Of a stretch of 64,000 bases of DNA, positions 1 to 13,267 are shown in pieces (positions within the stretch are counted from its first letter, which is position 1; every line of letters begins with the position of its first letter). The translations under genes were made by a program, and so were the position numbers. This DNA is from Candidatus Latescibacterota bacterium (lineage in GTDB: Bacteria > Latescibacterota > UBA2968 > UBA8231), in contig OZ242214.1 in assembly GCA_965206595.1 (NCBI GenBank), positions 192,001 to 256,000 of the forward strand. Reading direction: 5' to 3'. The notes beneath the pieces are model-generated. The model made no database searches and was not told where the DNA came from. It saw only the letters and a list, made by a program, of their open reading frames with translations.

Positions 1-574
1 TCAGGCGGGAGTCGAACATGGTCAGCAGGACGCCGGCGATCTGAAGGCCCTTGTTGAGGTGGCGCTGAATCAGCCGGATGGTGTTGAGCAGTTTGCCGAG
101 CCCTTCGAGCGCGTAGTATTCGCACTGAATCGGGATGAGCACCGAGTGGGCGGCGGTCAGGGAGTTGAGCGTCAGCAGCCCCAGGGATGGCGGGCAATCG
201 AGGATGATGTAGGAGTAGTCCTGCTGCAACTCGGCGAGCGCGGTCCGCAGCTTCTGTTCGCGAGCGATCAGGCTGACCATCTCGACCTCGGCCCCGGTCA
301 GGTTCATGTGCGAAGGGACGAGCGACAGGTGGGAAATCTGCGTCGGGCGCACGACATCCCTGGCAGACTGGTGGCCGAGAAGGGCGTGGTAGACGTTGGC
401 GGCTTCGACCTCTCGTGGTTCCACCCCGCAGCCGCTGGTCGCGTTGGCCTGCGGATCCATGTCTACGAGCAATGTCTGCTGCTCGGCAACCGCGAGGCAT
501 GCCGCGAGATTTACCGCCGTTGTCGTCTTGCCGACCCCCCCCTTCTGGTTGGCCACGGCGATGATCCGCCCCAT
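1..574 (-). CDS. parA: ParA/Soj family ATPase (3' part runs off the window)
   Basis: Manual translation of the minus strand: MGRIIAVANQKGGVGKTTTAVNL (deviant Walker A) ... IILDCPPSLGLLTLNSLTAAHSVLIPIQCEYYALEGL. Absent from the ORF track because there is no stop inside the window. Confidence 0.93.
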   Translation of the reverse strand, partial: MGRIIAVANQKGGVGKTTTAVNLAACLAVAEQQTLLVDMDPQANATSGCGVEPREVEAANVYHALLGHQSARDVVRPTQISHLSLVPSHMNLTGAEVEMVSLIAREQKLRTALAELQQDYSYIILDCPPSLGLLTLNSLTAAHSVLIPIQCEYYALEGLGKLLNTIRLIQRHLNKGLQIAGVLLTMFDSRL

Positions 575-667
575 CCGTTTGCCCGCTTGCGCATCCGGAG
601 TCTCGGCAGGTTCAGGGGCTATTCCCGGTTCGGCGGACAGCTCTGCTGACATCGGCGTCTTCCCTAC

Positions 668-3319
<2,652 letters not shown>

Positions 3320-3515
3320 CTGGATTGGCGGCGGTGGATGAGGGCGGTGGGAAACCACTGCCCGAGGATGGGAGATCGGCCGCCGAGATTCTCGGGCGAC
3401 GGGGATGAGCGCCGGTTCGGGGCGCGGGTCAGTTGTCGCCGGGAGGCGGAGGCACTGCGAAAGAGGCTGGAATATATCCCGGGGGAGGGACCCCGGCAAG
3501 GAGTCCCGAACCTGC

Positions 3516-4532
3516 TCAGCCCCACACTTTTTCCCACCTGTTGCTCGCGGCCGAGCGATAGATCGCCAGCGCGGTTCTGAGCTCGCCGAGGGCCATTTCG
3601 GGTCCCGCTTCCGGCTGCTTGCCGTCGAGAACGGCTTTCGAGAAGTCGTCGAGCTGCGGTCCGAACGACTTGGGATATCCCATCGGTTCCATCACCGGCA
3701 TCCCGTCACGATGGTCGCTGTCGAACAGCCGCAGCCCTCCGTCGAAACCGCCGTCGATCAGGATCTCGCCACGCGTGCCGGTGATCCGCCACCAGGAATC
3801 CGGAGCGAGCACGGTCTCGAGCATCATGGCGTCGAACATCGCCACGCGGCCCGACTCGAAACGCAGCAGGGCGCGGGCAAGGGATTCCCCTTCCATTCTT
3901 TCGAGGGGTCTGTCGACCACGGCGACGACTTCGTCCACCTCCCCCATCCACATGCGCAGCGGCCGGATCCAGTGGGCGCCCCCGTCTATGGTGATGCCCC
4001 CCCCGGTGCGCCTCCTGTCGTAACGCCACGGCTTTTCGTCCTTGAACCAGTAGTCGTCGAACTCCATGACGAACGCCGCCCTCGCGGTGAGGATGTCGCC
4101 GATGGCCCCGTCGTCGATCAGGCGTTTGGCGGCGACGATCTCGGGCCAGTATTGCGAGTTCTCGGCGACCATGAAAACCACCCCGCTGCCGGCCGCTGCG
4201 GACATGATGCGGTCGCAGGCGTCGAGGGTGGGGGCCATCGGTTTTTCGAGCAGCACGTGCTTGCCGGCTTCGAACAGCCTGCAGGCAGCCCACTCGTGCA
4301 AATCGTGGGGCAGCATCACGTCCACGGCGTCGAAGTCGCCGCGGAGGAGGGCGTCATCGAGGGATGTGAAGATCTCTGCTCCTGTCTTTTTGCAGATTCC
4401 TTCCGCTTTTCCGGCATCGGTGTCGATTGCCGTGGTGATCTCGATGCGGGGGGCGCTCTCGCGAATCCCGTCGAGGTGAAAATGCGATATGGCCCCGCAC
4501 CCCAGCAGCGCGAGCTTCATGGTTTCGGTCAT
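3516..4532 (-). CDS. Gfo/Idh/MocA family oxidoreductase
   Basis: LALLGCGAIS Rossmann motif, HVLLEKPMA, GGGITIDGGAHWI. Confidence 0.9.
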   Translation of the reverse strand: MTETMKLALLGCGAISHFHLDGIRESAPRIEITTAIDTDAGKAEGICKKTGAEIFTSLDDALLRGDFDAVDVMLPHDLHEWAACRLFEAGKHVLLEKPMAPTLDACDRIMSAAAGSGVVFMVAENSQYWPEIVAAKRLIDDGAIGDILTARAAFVMEFDDYWFKDEKPWRYDRRRTGGGITIDGGAHWIRPLRMWMGEVDEVVAVVDRPLERMEGESLARALLRFESGRVAMFDAMMLETVLAPDSWWRITGTRGEILIDGGFDGGLRLFDSDHRDGMPVMEPMGYPKSFGPQLDDFSKAVLDGKQPEAGPEMALGELRTALAIYRSAASNRWEKVWG

Positions 4533-4715
4533 TTCAATCTCCGGAAACTTTGAAGTTCAATGTCTTTTTCGAAAATCAAGGTAAATGGCGGAAACCTGCT
4601 ATCAAGAGCCGGCTCCCCGTCACTATATTTGGATTGCCCATGAAGTCACAGGATTCCGCATCCTGAAATCAATGCGCGGAACAATTTGCAATCGCGTGAA
4701 CGGGAGGGAACAGCG

Positions 4716-7667
4716 ATGACAAATCGACGACAAGGTCTTCTCACGGCAATCCTCGCGACGGCGCTCGCGGCGCACCCGGCCCTGGGCGGGGACGCGACCC
4801 TTTCCGGCCGCGTAACGGATGCGACCGGGACGCCCTTGCCGGGTGCGAATATGATCCTGACGGGACCCTCTCTGGAAGATCCGGTGGGAACTGCCGCAGG
4901 GGCGGAGGGAGAGTACAGCTTTGCCGGCCTGGAACCTGGGGGTTACCAGCTCGAGGTGAGTCACGTCGGCTTCCGAACCACCTCCATCGCAGAAATCGAG
5001 ATCGAACCGGGAGCCTCGAAGCGGCTCGACGTAGAGCTCAAAGAAGCGGTAATCTACCTCGAGCAGAGTGTCGTTTCTGCCTCGCGCAGGCAGGAAAAGG
5101 CCCTCGACGCCCCCGCTTCGGTCGCCGTAGTCGAGGGGGCCGAGATCCGGGATAAACCTGCCCTCAATGTTTCGGAGTACGTGCGTAACCTGCCCGGCGT
5201 CGACTTCGCAAAGAGCGGGCTCGTCCAGAGCAACGCGGTGGTGCGCGGATTCAACAACGTCTTCTCCGGAGCCATGTTGACCCTCACCGACAACCGCATC
5301 GCCCGGGTTCCCTCTTTACGGGTGAACGCCTACAACTTCATCCCGGTGGTCAACGAGGACATCGAGCGCATCGAGGTGGTACTGGGCCCCGGATCCGCCC
5401 TTTACGGCCCCAACAGCGCCAGGGGCGTCATGCACATCATAACGCGGTCGCCCTTCGCGTCGGCGGGCACAAACGTGCGTCTGGGGATGGGGGAGCGATC
5501 CCTGCGCAAGGGGGCGGTCCGCCACGCCGGCATTATCAGCCCCAACCTGGCTTACAAGATTTCGGCGCAGTATTACACCGGTACCGACTGGAAATACGAG
5601 GATCCGGTCGAGTTGGCAGAAAGGGATAAGGCCAGGAAGGAGGGTCGGGATCTCCCCGCCCGGGATTTCGGCATCGAGCGACAGAGTGCGGAATTGCGCA
5701 TCGACTATCGTGCCGACCAAGATCTGTCAGGTGTGGTTTCGGCGGGGTATAACCGCGGCGACCAGATCGAACTCACTGGATTAGGCGCCGGCCAGGCCGA
5801 GAACTGGGCTTACGCATACGCCCAAGCCCGGTTCATCTATCGCAACCTGTTTGCCCAGTGGTATCGCAACTGGAGCGACGCCGGCGACACCTTTCTGCTT
5901 CGGAACGGGGACGCGATCGTCGACAAGTCCAGCCTCAATGTCTTCCAGATTCAGCATGCGTATGCCCTCGGGGGCAATCAGCGTTTCACCTACGGATTGG
6001 ATGCGCTGCTGACGCGACCGGACACGGAAGGCACGATCACGGGGCAGAACGAAGACGAGGACAGCATCGACGAGTACGGGGCATATCTCCAGAGCGAGAC
6101 CGACCTTGGAGAGCAACTCGATCTGGTGCTGGCCCTGCGCTACGACCAGCACAACCGCCTCGACGACGGCGTGCTGTCTCCCCGGGCCGGGCTGGTCTTC
6201 AAGCCGCGCCAGACCCAGACGCTGAGACTGACGTACAACCGCGCCTTCGACACTCCCTCTACGAACAACCTCTTTCTCGAACGCCTGGGGCGGTCCGACC
6301 CGTACGGCCTCGGCAGCAATTTCGAACCGGTTCTCGGGTTTTCTCCGGCCATCGATACCCGGGCGCAGGGGACGTATCGCCAGGGGTTCGACGGGGGGTT
6401 CACGTTCCGCCACAGCAACGGACGGCCGATGTACCGCACTCCGTTCCAGCCTCTGATCGCCGGCCAGCTCGGGGCTCTCGGATTGTCGCCAGGAGACCCC
6501 GGGTATTCGATCCAGGAGGACGGGTACATTGCCATGGACGATCCCGTCGCGACCGGGGTGATGTGGGGGGTAGCGCGGCAGGCGGTGCTCGCCAGCTTCA
6601 CCTCGCAGCTGCAGCTGCTCGCACCGGGATTGATCGCGCAACAGCTGCAGGCTTTGGGGATGGAGGCAGATGATGCGCGGGCAGCCGCGGAGGCCCAGAC
6701 GCAGGTCGTGTTGGAGGCGACTCCCACCCTGGTGCCCGAGCAGCTGCCGGGGCTTGCGAATGCGATGCTGACTCTCAATCCCGGGACGGGAAGCTTCGCC
6801 CCGGCGGCCGGCGTCTTCGACGTGCCGCGCACCGAGCCGACCATTACCCAGACAGTGGAGCTCGGATACAAGGGGATCGTCGGCCACAAGCTCGTCGTCG
6901 CCGCGGACGTCTATCGCAGCGATATCGAGAATTTCGTGGGACCTCTGAAAGTGGAGACCCCCAACGTATTCCTGGATCCAGGCAGCCTTGTTGCCGCTCT
7001 AGGTCCCGCCTTCGAAGCCTCTCTGGAAGATCCCGACAACGCAGAAGTCGCCCAGGTTCTGGGGGCTCTCGACCAGGTTTCCATACCCGGAGTACTCGAG
7101 GGCAACAACAACGATTCCGCGGTCGACGAGCTGACCACCCTGTTCGCGGCAGGGGCGGCGAGAATACCGTTTGGAACCGTGTCCCCCGAACAGGCGTACG
7201 ATCCCACCGCGGTGCTCTTGACCTACCGCAACTTCGGCTCTATCACGCTGTACGGAATGGACTTGAGTGCCGTCTACTACCCGAACGACCGGTGGTCGAT
7301 CTCCGGCAACTTCTCGTTCGTCAACGACGTTTTCTTCGAGGCTCTCGACGGTATTGCCGACATCTCGCTCAACGCTCCGAAACAGAAGTTCAAGCTGTCG
7401 AGCTCGTACAGTAAGCCGGATTGGAACCTGCGCGTGGGAGGCGGCGTTCGCTACAACGGCTCGTTCCGTCAGGACTCCGGGGTTTTCGTCGGCGACGTCG
7501 ACCCGTACACGGTGGTGGATCTGAACGCGGTCTACGACATGCCGTTCGCAGAGGACCTGTCGCTGATGCTCAACGTCGACAATGTCCTCGACAGCCGCTA
7601 CCGGTCCTGGGAAGGCGCACCGGAGATCGGGCGGCTCGCCTATCTGCAGCTCGGTCTGGATTTCTAA
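4716..7667 (+). CDS. TonB-dependent receptor with N-terminal carboxypeptidase-regulatory-like domain
   Basis: Signal peptide; LSGRVTDATGTPLPGAN; VVSASRRQEK; plug motif IERIEVVLGPGSALYG; C-terminal NVDNVLD...GRLAYLQLGLDF ending in Phe; GGGAGG upstream of ATG 4716. Confidence 0.92.
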   Translation: MTNRRQGLLTAILATALAAHPALGGDATLSGRVTDATGTPLPGANMILTGPSLEDPVGTAAGAEGEYSFAGLEPGGYQLEVSHVGFRTTSIAEIEIEPGASKRLDVELKEAVIYLEQSVVSASRRQEKALDAPASVAVVEGAEIRDKPALNVSEYVRNLPGVDFAKSGLVQSNAVVRGFNNVFSGAMLTLTDNRIARVPSLRVNAYNFIPVVNEDIERIEVVLGPGSALYGPNSARGVMHIITRSPFASAGTNVRLGMGERSLRKGAVRHAGIISPNLAYKISAQYYTGTDWKYEDPVELAERDKARKEGRDLPARDFGIERQSAELRIDYRADQDLSGVVSAGYNRGDQIELTGLGAGQAENWAYAYAQARFIYRNLFAQWYRNWSDAGDTFLLRNGDAIVDKSSLNVFQIQHAYALGGNQRFTYGLDALLTRPDTEGTITGQNEDEDSIDEYGAYLQSETDLGEQLDLVLALRYDQHNRLDDGVLSPRAGLVFKPRQTQTLRLTYNRAFDTPSTNNLFLERLGRSDPYGLGSNFEPVLGFSPAIDTRAQGTYRQGFDGGFTFRHSNGRPMYRTPFQPLIAGQLGALGLSPGDPGYSIQEDGYIAMDDPVATGVMWGVARQAVLASFTSQLQLLAPGLIAQQLQALGMEADDARAAAEAQTQVVLEATPTLVPEQLPGLANAMLTLNPGTGSFAPAAGVFDVPRTEPTITQTVELGYKGIVGHKLVVAADVYRSDIENFVGPLKVETPNVFLDPGSLVAALGPAFEASLEDPDNAEVAQVLGALDQVSIPGVLEGNNNDSAVDELTTLFAAGAARIPFGTVSPEQAYDPTAVLLTYRNFGSITLYGMDLSAVYYPNDRWSISGNFSFVNDVFFEALDGIADISLNAPKQKFKLSSSYSKPDWNLRVGGGVRYNGSFRQDSGVFVGDVDPYTVVDLNAVYDMPFAEDLSLMLNVDNVLDSRYRSWEGAPEIGRLAYLQLGLDF

Positions 7668-7670
7668 ATC

Positions 7671-7869
7671 ACTGCACGAAATTCCTGGTGAATTCGGCCG
7701 GCGCTGCATCTTGAGGGAAAGCCGGGGTTCAGTGCAACCGGGTTTTCCGATCGGTTTCTCCTCATTACCGGCTCGCGGGGTTGTCTTCGCTCACCGTACA
7801 GTCGCGCTGCGGTTCGCTCAGGCGCCAGGTTCAACTGGCGCCTGAGCGGCCGGATTTCTGTCAAGCAGT
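7671..7869. repeat. Intergenic MITE/REP-like element; core shared with 15811-15865
   Basis: Imperfect terminal inverted repeats ACTGCACGAAAT ... ATTTCTGTCAAGCAGT; internal hairpin GCTCAGGCGCCAG-N5-CTGGCGCCTGAGC; the reverse complement of about 7775-7826 aligns with about 15814-15865. Confidence 0.55.
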
Positions 7870-7930
7870 TTCCGAGAGGAGAACAGGTGCCGGGCGGCAC
7901 CTGAGGGGAATCAGGGGGTATCGAGGAGAG

Positions 7931-8482
7931 TCAGGTGATCTCGTTACCCCTGGCCATCACGACCTTTCCCGTTCGCACCATTTCGCGAAGTTCGAACTTG
8001 CTCAGCAGGCGGCCCAGGGCGTCCATCTTTTCGCTTGTACCGGTAGCCTCGATGGTCAGGGTCTCATCCGAGATGTCGACGGTCTTGCCGCGGAACACCT
8101 CGGTTATCTGCAGGACTTCGGTGCGCTCTTCCACCGAACAGGAGACCTTGAATAGCGCCAGCTCCCGCGTCACCGCATCGTCGTCGGTGTGATCCCGGGC
8201 GTGGATCACGTCGACGAGCTTGTCGAGCTGCAGGATGATCTGATTGAGCACGTCCCCGGGCCCGCTGCAGGTGATCGTCATGCGGGAGCAGCTGGGGATG
8301 TGAGCCGGCGATACGACCAGCGATTCGATATTGAAACCGCGCCTGCTGAACACCTGGCTGATGCGCATCAGGACGCCGGGCCGGTCGTTGACCAGCAGGC
8401 CGATGGTCGTCCTGCTGATCGCCGAGGGAGTGGCTTCGCGGCTGGCGGCCGCCCCGGTCCTTCCGTTGCCGGCAGCCATCAC
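7931..8482 (-). CDS. ilvN: Acetolactate synthase small (regulatory) subunit
   Basis: [30 protein letters not shown] domain; QLDKLVDV; RELALFKV; EMVRTG; directly downstream of ilvB. Confidence 0.95.
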   Translation of the reverse strand: MMAAGNGRTGAAASREATPSAISRTTIGLLVNDRPGVLMRISQVFSRRGFNIESLVVSPAHIPSCSRMTITCSGPGDVLNQIILQLDKLVDVIHARDHTDDDAVTRELALFKVSCSVEERTEVLQITEVFRGKTVDISDETLTIEATGTSEKMDALGRLLSKFELREMVRTGKVVMARGNEIT

Positions 8483-10182
8483 GTGCTCCCTTTCGGCGGC
8501 GCGAGCTTGTGCTTCGGGGGCTCGATCATCATATCGCTGACCGCTGCTCCCGCCGGTATCATCGGCCAGACGTTGTCCTCTTTCTCGCAGTGTGCGTGCA
8601 CGACCACGGGGCCGTCGTGTTCGAGCATGCGAGTCAGGATCTTGTCGATGTCAGCGGTGCGCTTCAGCTGCAGCCCTTTGACGCCGTAGGACTCGGCGAG
8701 CTTGACGAAGTCGGGATTGCCCTCGAGATCGACACCGGACAGGCGGTTCTCGAAGAACAGGTTCTGCCACTGGCGCACCATCCCGAGGTAGGCGTTGTCC
8801 ATGACCAGCGTTTTCACCGGGATGTCGTTGACCGCGGCGGTCGCCAGTTCGCACAACGTCATCTGGAAGCCGCCGTCGCCGACAATGGCGATCACCGGCT
8901 CGCCCGGACGGCCCAGCTGGGCCCCGATGGCGGAGGGAAAGCCGTACCCCATGGTCCCCGACCCCCCCGAGGACAGCCACTGGCGGTGATACGAGGTTTT
9001 GTAGAATTGCGCCGCCCACATCTGGTGCTGGCCGACGTCGGTGGTGACGACCGCCCTGCCTTCGGTCAAGTGGTAGAGCCGGTCGAAAACGGCCTGCATC
9101 TTGAGACCCCCCTTACGACCGTACTTGAGGGGGTACTTCTGTTTCCACTCGTCGATCTGGGCGAGCCAGTCCGCGGTGTCGAGAGGCTCCACGTGATTGA
9201 TCAGCTCTTCGAGCACCTGGAGGGCGTCTCCTTCGATGAAGACGTCCGGCATTACGACCTTGCCATGCTCGGCGGGGTCGATGTCGACGTGGATCTTTTT
9301 CGCTTCGGGACAGAATTCGGACAGCTTGCCGGTGATGCGATCGTCCCAGCGCCCGCCCACCGACATGATGAGATCGCAGCCGACCACCGCCTTGTTGGCG
9401 TAGGCGGTGCCGTGCATTCCGAGCATGCCGACCGAAAGCGGGTGCGTCTCGGGAAAGCTCCCTTTTCCGAGCAGGGTGTTGGTTACCGGCATGCGCGTCT
9501 TTTCGGCGAAGGCTCGGGCGGCGTGGTGGGCGCCGGCGCTGATACACCCTCCGCCCAGATACAACAGCGGACGTTTGCTGCGGCGAAGCAGGCTGGCTGC
9601 CTCCATCAACAGCTCTGCAGCCGGTTTCGGGTCGTTGTGATATCCGGGCAGGTGGACCTTTTCGGGCCACGGGGCGGTACAGCCTTCTGATTGCGTAACA
9701 TCTTTCGGCAGGTCGACGAGGACAGGGCCGCGGCGACCGGTGGTGGCGATGTGGAACGCCTCCATCATCACCCTCGGTATGTCGTTGGGGTCCTTGACGA
9801 GATAGGAGTGTTTGACCACCGGCATCGAGATGCCAAACACGTCGGCTTCCTGGAAGGCGTCCTTTCCGAGCATCTCGGTCGGAGTTTGCCCGGTCAGGAC
9901 CACCATCGGCACCGAATCCATGTGGGCGGTCAGGAGCCCGGTAATAGTATTGGTGGCGCCGGGACCCGAGGTTACGAGGACGACCCCCGGCTTGCCGGTT
10001 GCCCGGGCGTACCCGTCGGCCATGTGGGTCGCCCCCTGTTCGTGGCGCGTGAGGATGAACTTCGTCTCCGTCGAATGCCACAGGGCGTCGAAAATCGGCA
10101 TGGCCGCACCCCCGGGGTGGCCGAATATGTACTCGACACCCGCCCTTTCGACTGCCTCCATGACAACATCCGCACCTCTCAT
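8479..10182 (-). CDS. ilvB: Acetolactate synthase large subunit, biosynthetic type
   Basis: [57 protein letters not shown] motif. Start at MRGADVV. Confidence 0.96.
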   Translation of the reverse strand: MRGADVVMEAVERAGVEYIFGHPGGAAMPIFDALWHSTETKFILTRHEQGATHMADGYARATGKPGVVLVTSGPGATNTITGLLTAHMDSVPMVVLTGQTPTEMLGKDAFQEADVFGISMPVVKHSYLVKDPNDIPRVMMEAFHIATTGRRGPVLVDLPKDVTQSEGCTAPWPEKVHLPGYHNDPKPAAELLMEAASLLRRSKRPLLYLGGGCISAGAHHAARAFAEKTRMPVTNTLLGKGSFPETHPLSVGMLGMHGTAYANKAVVGCDLIMSVGGRWDDRITGKLSEFCPEAKKIHVDIDPAEHGKVVMPDVFIEGDALQVLEELINHVEPLDTADWLAQIDEWKQKYPLKYGRKGGLKMQAVFDRLYHLTEGRAVVTTDVGQHQMWAAQFYKTSYHRQWLSSGGSGTMGYGFPSAIGAQLGRPGEPVIAIVGDGGFQMTLCELATAAVNDIPVKTLVMDNAYLGMVRQWQNLFFENRLSGVDLEGNPDFVKLAESYGVKGLQLKRTADIDKILTRMLEHDGPVVVHAHCEKEDNVWPMIPAGAAVSDMMIEPPKHKLAPPKGST

Positions 10183-10399
10183 CTCAATTCTCCGTGGTTC
10201 TACAATTTTTTCTGCCTGAACGGTCAAGTATATGAGAAATATCGCATGATCGCAAGTCGACACTGAATCCATAAGCTGATTTATACAGAAAACAGGACTG
10301 ATCGACGAAGAAGAAAAATAAAGAATGCGGGTTTATGCAGAAAAACGGCTTGAAATTTCCTAAATAGAAAGTGGGCGGGACTACCGGAAAACCTGCTTC

Positions 10400-11512
10400 T
10401 CAGGGGACCAGGTAGGTCTCGATCACCTGTTCGTCGACAGTTACCCCGAGCCCGGGGCCTTCCGGCAGCGATACGAAGCCGTCTTCGACCGGGAAGGTCT
10501 CTTTCGTGAGCTCATGCCGCAGAGGGGACTCGGCCATGCAGTACTCGAATACCTCGCCGCCCGGGACGGCGGCCAGGCCATGGAGGGAGGCGGCGATGGT
10601 GATCCCGCTCTTGAAGCTGTGGTTGACGAAGCGGCGGTGGTGGCGTGCCGCCAGGCGGCCGACTTCGACCATGGTCGAGATGCCGCATCGACCTGGGTCC
10701 GGCTGGATCCAGTCGACCCCGCCGTCGACCAGCAGGCGCTCGAAGCTGTCGAGACGGGATTCGGCTTCGCCAGCGGCGATCGCGATCGGGCTGGCCTCGC
10801 TGAGCAGCCGGTAGCCCTCGACGTCGTCCGGGTTCAACGGCTCTTCAATCCAGAATGGCCGGAACTCCTCGAACTGCTCTGCCCGTTTAAGCGCCGTTTT
10901 CCAGTCCCAGACCTGGCCGGCGTCGATCAGAACGTCGACTTCGTCGCCGGCGCCGCGGCGTGCCTGCCGGACAAGCTCGATGTCGTTGGCCTCGCTCTGT
11001 CCCATCGGGCCCCACCCGAACTTGATCGCGGTGAATCCCTGGCCGGCGAACTTGCGGGCGAGGTCGTACGTCTGCGCCGGGGTGTCGCCGAACAGGATCG
11101 AGCAGTAGGCGCGGAATTTCGTTTCGTGCGGTCCGCCGAGCAGGCGGCAGACCGGCTGATCGAGCGCTTTTCCGGTGATGTCCCAGAGTGCCTGATTGAC
11201 GCCGGCCATGGCGTGGGAGCCGGCACCGGTGCGGCCGTAGTAGTTGGCCCCTTCCCACATGCGGGCCATGCACACATCGATCGCGAGGGGATCTTCCCCT
11301 GCCAGGATATTTGCGAGGCCGTTGGCGATCTGGTGCGACAGCGGCGCCTGGACGACGGCCTTGACCACTGTCGGGGCCGAGTCGACCTCCCCCCAGCCGG
11401 TAATGCCGGCGTCGGTGTCGATACGGATCAGGCAGGTGTCCTGGGTCCCTTCGCACTTGTCGGTTACTTCGGGCAGGCGCAGAACGAGAGCCGATACGGC
11501 GGTGATTTTCAT
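10400..11512 (-). CDS. Mandelate racemase/muconate lactonizing (enolase superfamily) enzyme
   Basis: IDTDAGITGWGE, ALWDITGKALDQPV, AIKFG, LIDAG, WIEEP, AAGE, QPD, LPEGPGLGV. Confidence 0.92.
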   Translation of the reverse strand: MKITAVSALVLRLPEVTDKCEGTQDTCLIRIDTDAGITGWGEVDSAPTVVKAVVQAPLSHQIANGLANILAGEDPLAIDVCMARMWEGANYYGRTGAGSHAMAGVNQALWDITGKALDQPVCRLLGGPHETKFRAYCSILFGDTPAQTYDLARKFAGQGFTAIKFGWGPMGQSEANDIELVRQARRGAGDEVDVLIDAGQVWDWKTALKRAEQFEEFRPFWIEEPLNPDDVEGYRLLSEASPIAIAAGEAESRLDSFERLLVDGGVDWIQPDPGRCGISTMVEVGRLAARHHRRFVNHSFKSGITIAASLHGLAAVPGGEVFEYCMAESPLRHELTKETFPVEDGFVSLPEGPGLGVTVDEQVIETYLVP

Positions 11513-11533
11513 TGGGGTCCGGGGGTTCGGGGT

Positions 11534-13267
11534 TCAGAATTTGAAGACAGTCTCTATGGTCATCACCTTGCGGCGCTCGAGTGTGCCGTCGGCGGAGCGC
11601 TCGAACAGGAATCGCGTCTCCATAACGGCAGAAACGCCGCCCGACATCTGAGCTCCCAGCTGGTAGCCGTAGAAGGTGTCCTCCGTCGGTTCGAAGAAAC
11701 CATCCCTGGAGCCGGGAGTGCCCTCCTGATCCAGGCGGGTGCCGATGTTGTTCTTTTGGAAGTACAACTCGGCGCGGGAAATCCTGGGGATTCTTCTCAG
11801 CAGTTCGGGTGAAATCCTTGCGGAGAAGTGAAGCTGCTGCTTGGGATGCCCCGAGCCGATCAGGTGCTGGTAGTCGGCAAACGCGTCGAGGACACCGTAG
11901 ATGTCGGTTTGCAACCTGCCGAACCCTCCCGAGACCGATTCGCCGCGGCGCAACTGGGAGTCCTTCGGGGTCGCTTTTCCGGTGGCGAGGTCGATGCGCG
12001 CCCGGTCGAGTTCGTACAGGTTGTCGAAATAGCCTGAATCGAAGTCGTCCCGGAAATAGCGGAACTCGAGCCGGCCGTCGATGGGGCCGGCTCGCAACCA
12101 CAGCCCTGGCGCCATCAGGCCGAACCCCTCGGCTTTGCGATTTCCGGCAACGACACCCTGCTCCTCGGCCTCGGCGTCGCTGAGCTCGTCGTCGTCATCC
12201 AGAATGGCGGCGATCTGACCATAAAGCAGCATGTCGAAACGGCCGTGCTCGACAATCGGATAGCCGGCGTCGAAACCGACGATGGCGAAGCGGTCACGTC
12301 CGACCTTGTCCTTGTTGAACGGCCTCTTGCGACTGACATCCCGGTCGACCATGAAGCTGTCGGGATAGGTCTGTTCCAGGCCTTCCAGCACCGGGATGGC
12401 GCCGCCGGGAAGGTCGCTGTCATCGTCGATGTCGAGGAGGCCGTCGTTGTCGTCATCAATGTCGAGCTGGTCCGGGGCCCCGTCGCCGTCGTTGTCGAGG
12501 GCGGCGGTAGCATCCCCTGGAAAGGCGTCGACGGCATCCGGGTAGCCGTCGTCGTCGCGGTCGAGGAGGCCGCTGTACTGGTCGAGGTCGACTACAAAGG
12601 TGAGACCGACCTCGAGTTTATCCACTACATCGCGCGCGACGCGAGCGCCGATCAGGGCGCCTCCCTGCTGGAAATCCTGCAGGTTGTTGATTATCCCTTC
12701 GACCGACACGCCCCCCGGCCAGGTCCGGGTCTGGAACAGAACCCCCGTTTTCTTTATACCCGGATAATGCAGGGTGTTTCGGTACCGGTCCATAATCAAC
12801 CCGTACCCAAGGGTAACGCGATCGAGGGCACCCACCTTGAAGAACAGCGGATCCCTCGGCTTCCCGAAGCGCACGTAGTAGATCTTGCGGAGAATGGTGT
12901 CCAGGGTTTCGCTGCTGTTGCCGAACGCCCAGCCTTTGTCGCTGAAATTTCCCTTCTCGTCTATGAAAAGCTCGATATCGAAAGCCAGTCCCCAGTTTCC
13001 CAGCGGAATATCAGGGCGCAGGCTGAGCCGGTAGAGCTGTTGGTCTCCCACTGTTACGCTGCCCATGCTGGCGCTGTACTGCGGACCAGAGCTGTAGCGG
13101 GATTCCGAGCCACCCGATGCGGAATCGGTCACCTGCGCGCCGTTTGCAGCCGGGATGAGTAGTGCAGGGCATAGAAAGAGGAAGGCCGACCGGAAAGGGC
13201 GGACCCATGCAGGCCGCGCGTCTGGTCGGGGGCACATCCCTGGCATCGCGGACAAAGTGCCTATCAT
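11534..13267 (-). CDS. Putative outer-membrane beta-barrel protein with inserted Asp-rich (thrombospondin type 3-like) calcium-binding repeats
   Basis: Signal-like hydrophobic stretch; amphipathic strands; DRDDDGYPDAVDAFPGD, DNDGDGAPDQLDIDDDNDGLLD; ends ETVFKF. Start inferred at ATG 13267 with GAGG upstream. Confidence 0.6.
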   Translation of the reverse strand: MIGTLSAMPGMCPRPDARPAWVRPFRSAFLFLCPALLIPAANGAQVTDSASGGSESRYSSGPQYSASMGSVTVGDQQLYRLSLRPDIPLGNWGLAFDIELFIDEKGNFSDKGWAFGNSSETLDTILRKIYYVRFGKPRDPLFFKVGALDRVTLGYGLIMDRYRNTLHYPGIKKTGVLFQTRTWPGGVSVEGIINNLQDFQQGGALIGARVARDVVDKLEVGLTFVVDLDQYSGLLDRDDDGYPDAVDAFPGDATAALDNDGDGAPDQLDIDDDNDGLLDIDDDSDLPGGAIPVLEGLEQTYPDSFMVDRDVSRKRPFNKDKVGRDRFAIVGFDAGYPIVEHGRFDMLLYGQIAAILDDDDELSDAEAEEQGVVAGNRKAEGFGLMAPGLWLRAGPIDGRLEFRYFRDDFDSGYFDNLYELDRARIDLATGKATPKDSQLRRGESVSGGFGRLQTDIYGVLDAFADYQHLIGSGHPKQQLHFSARISPELLRRIPRISRAELYFQKNNIGTRLDQEGTPGSRDGFFEPTEDTFYGYQLGAQMSGGVSAVMETRFLFERSADGTLERRKVMTIETVFKF

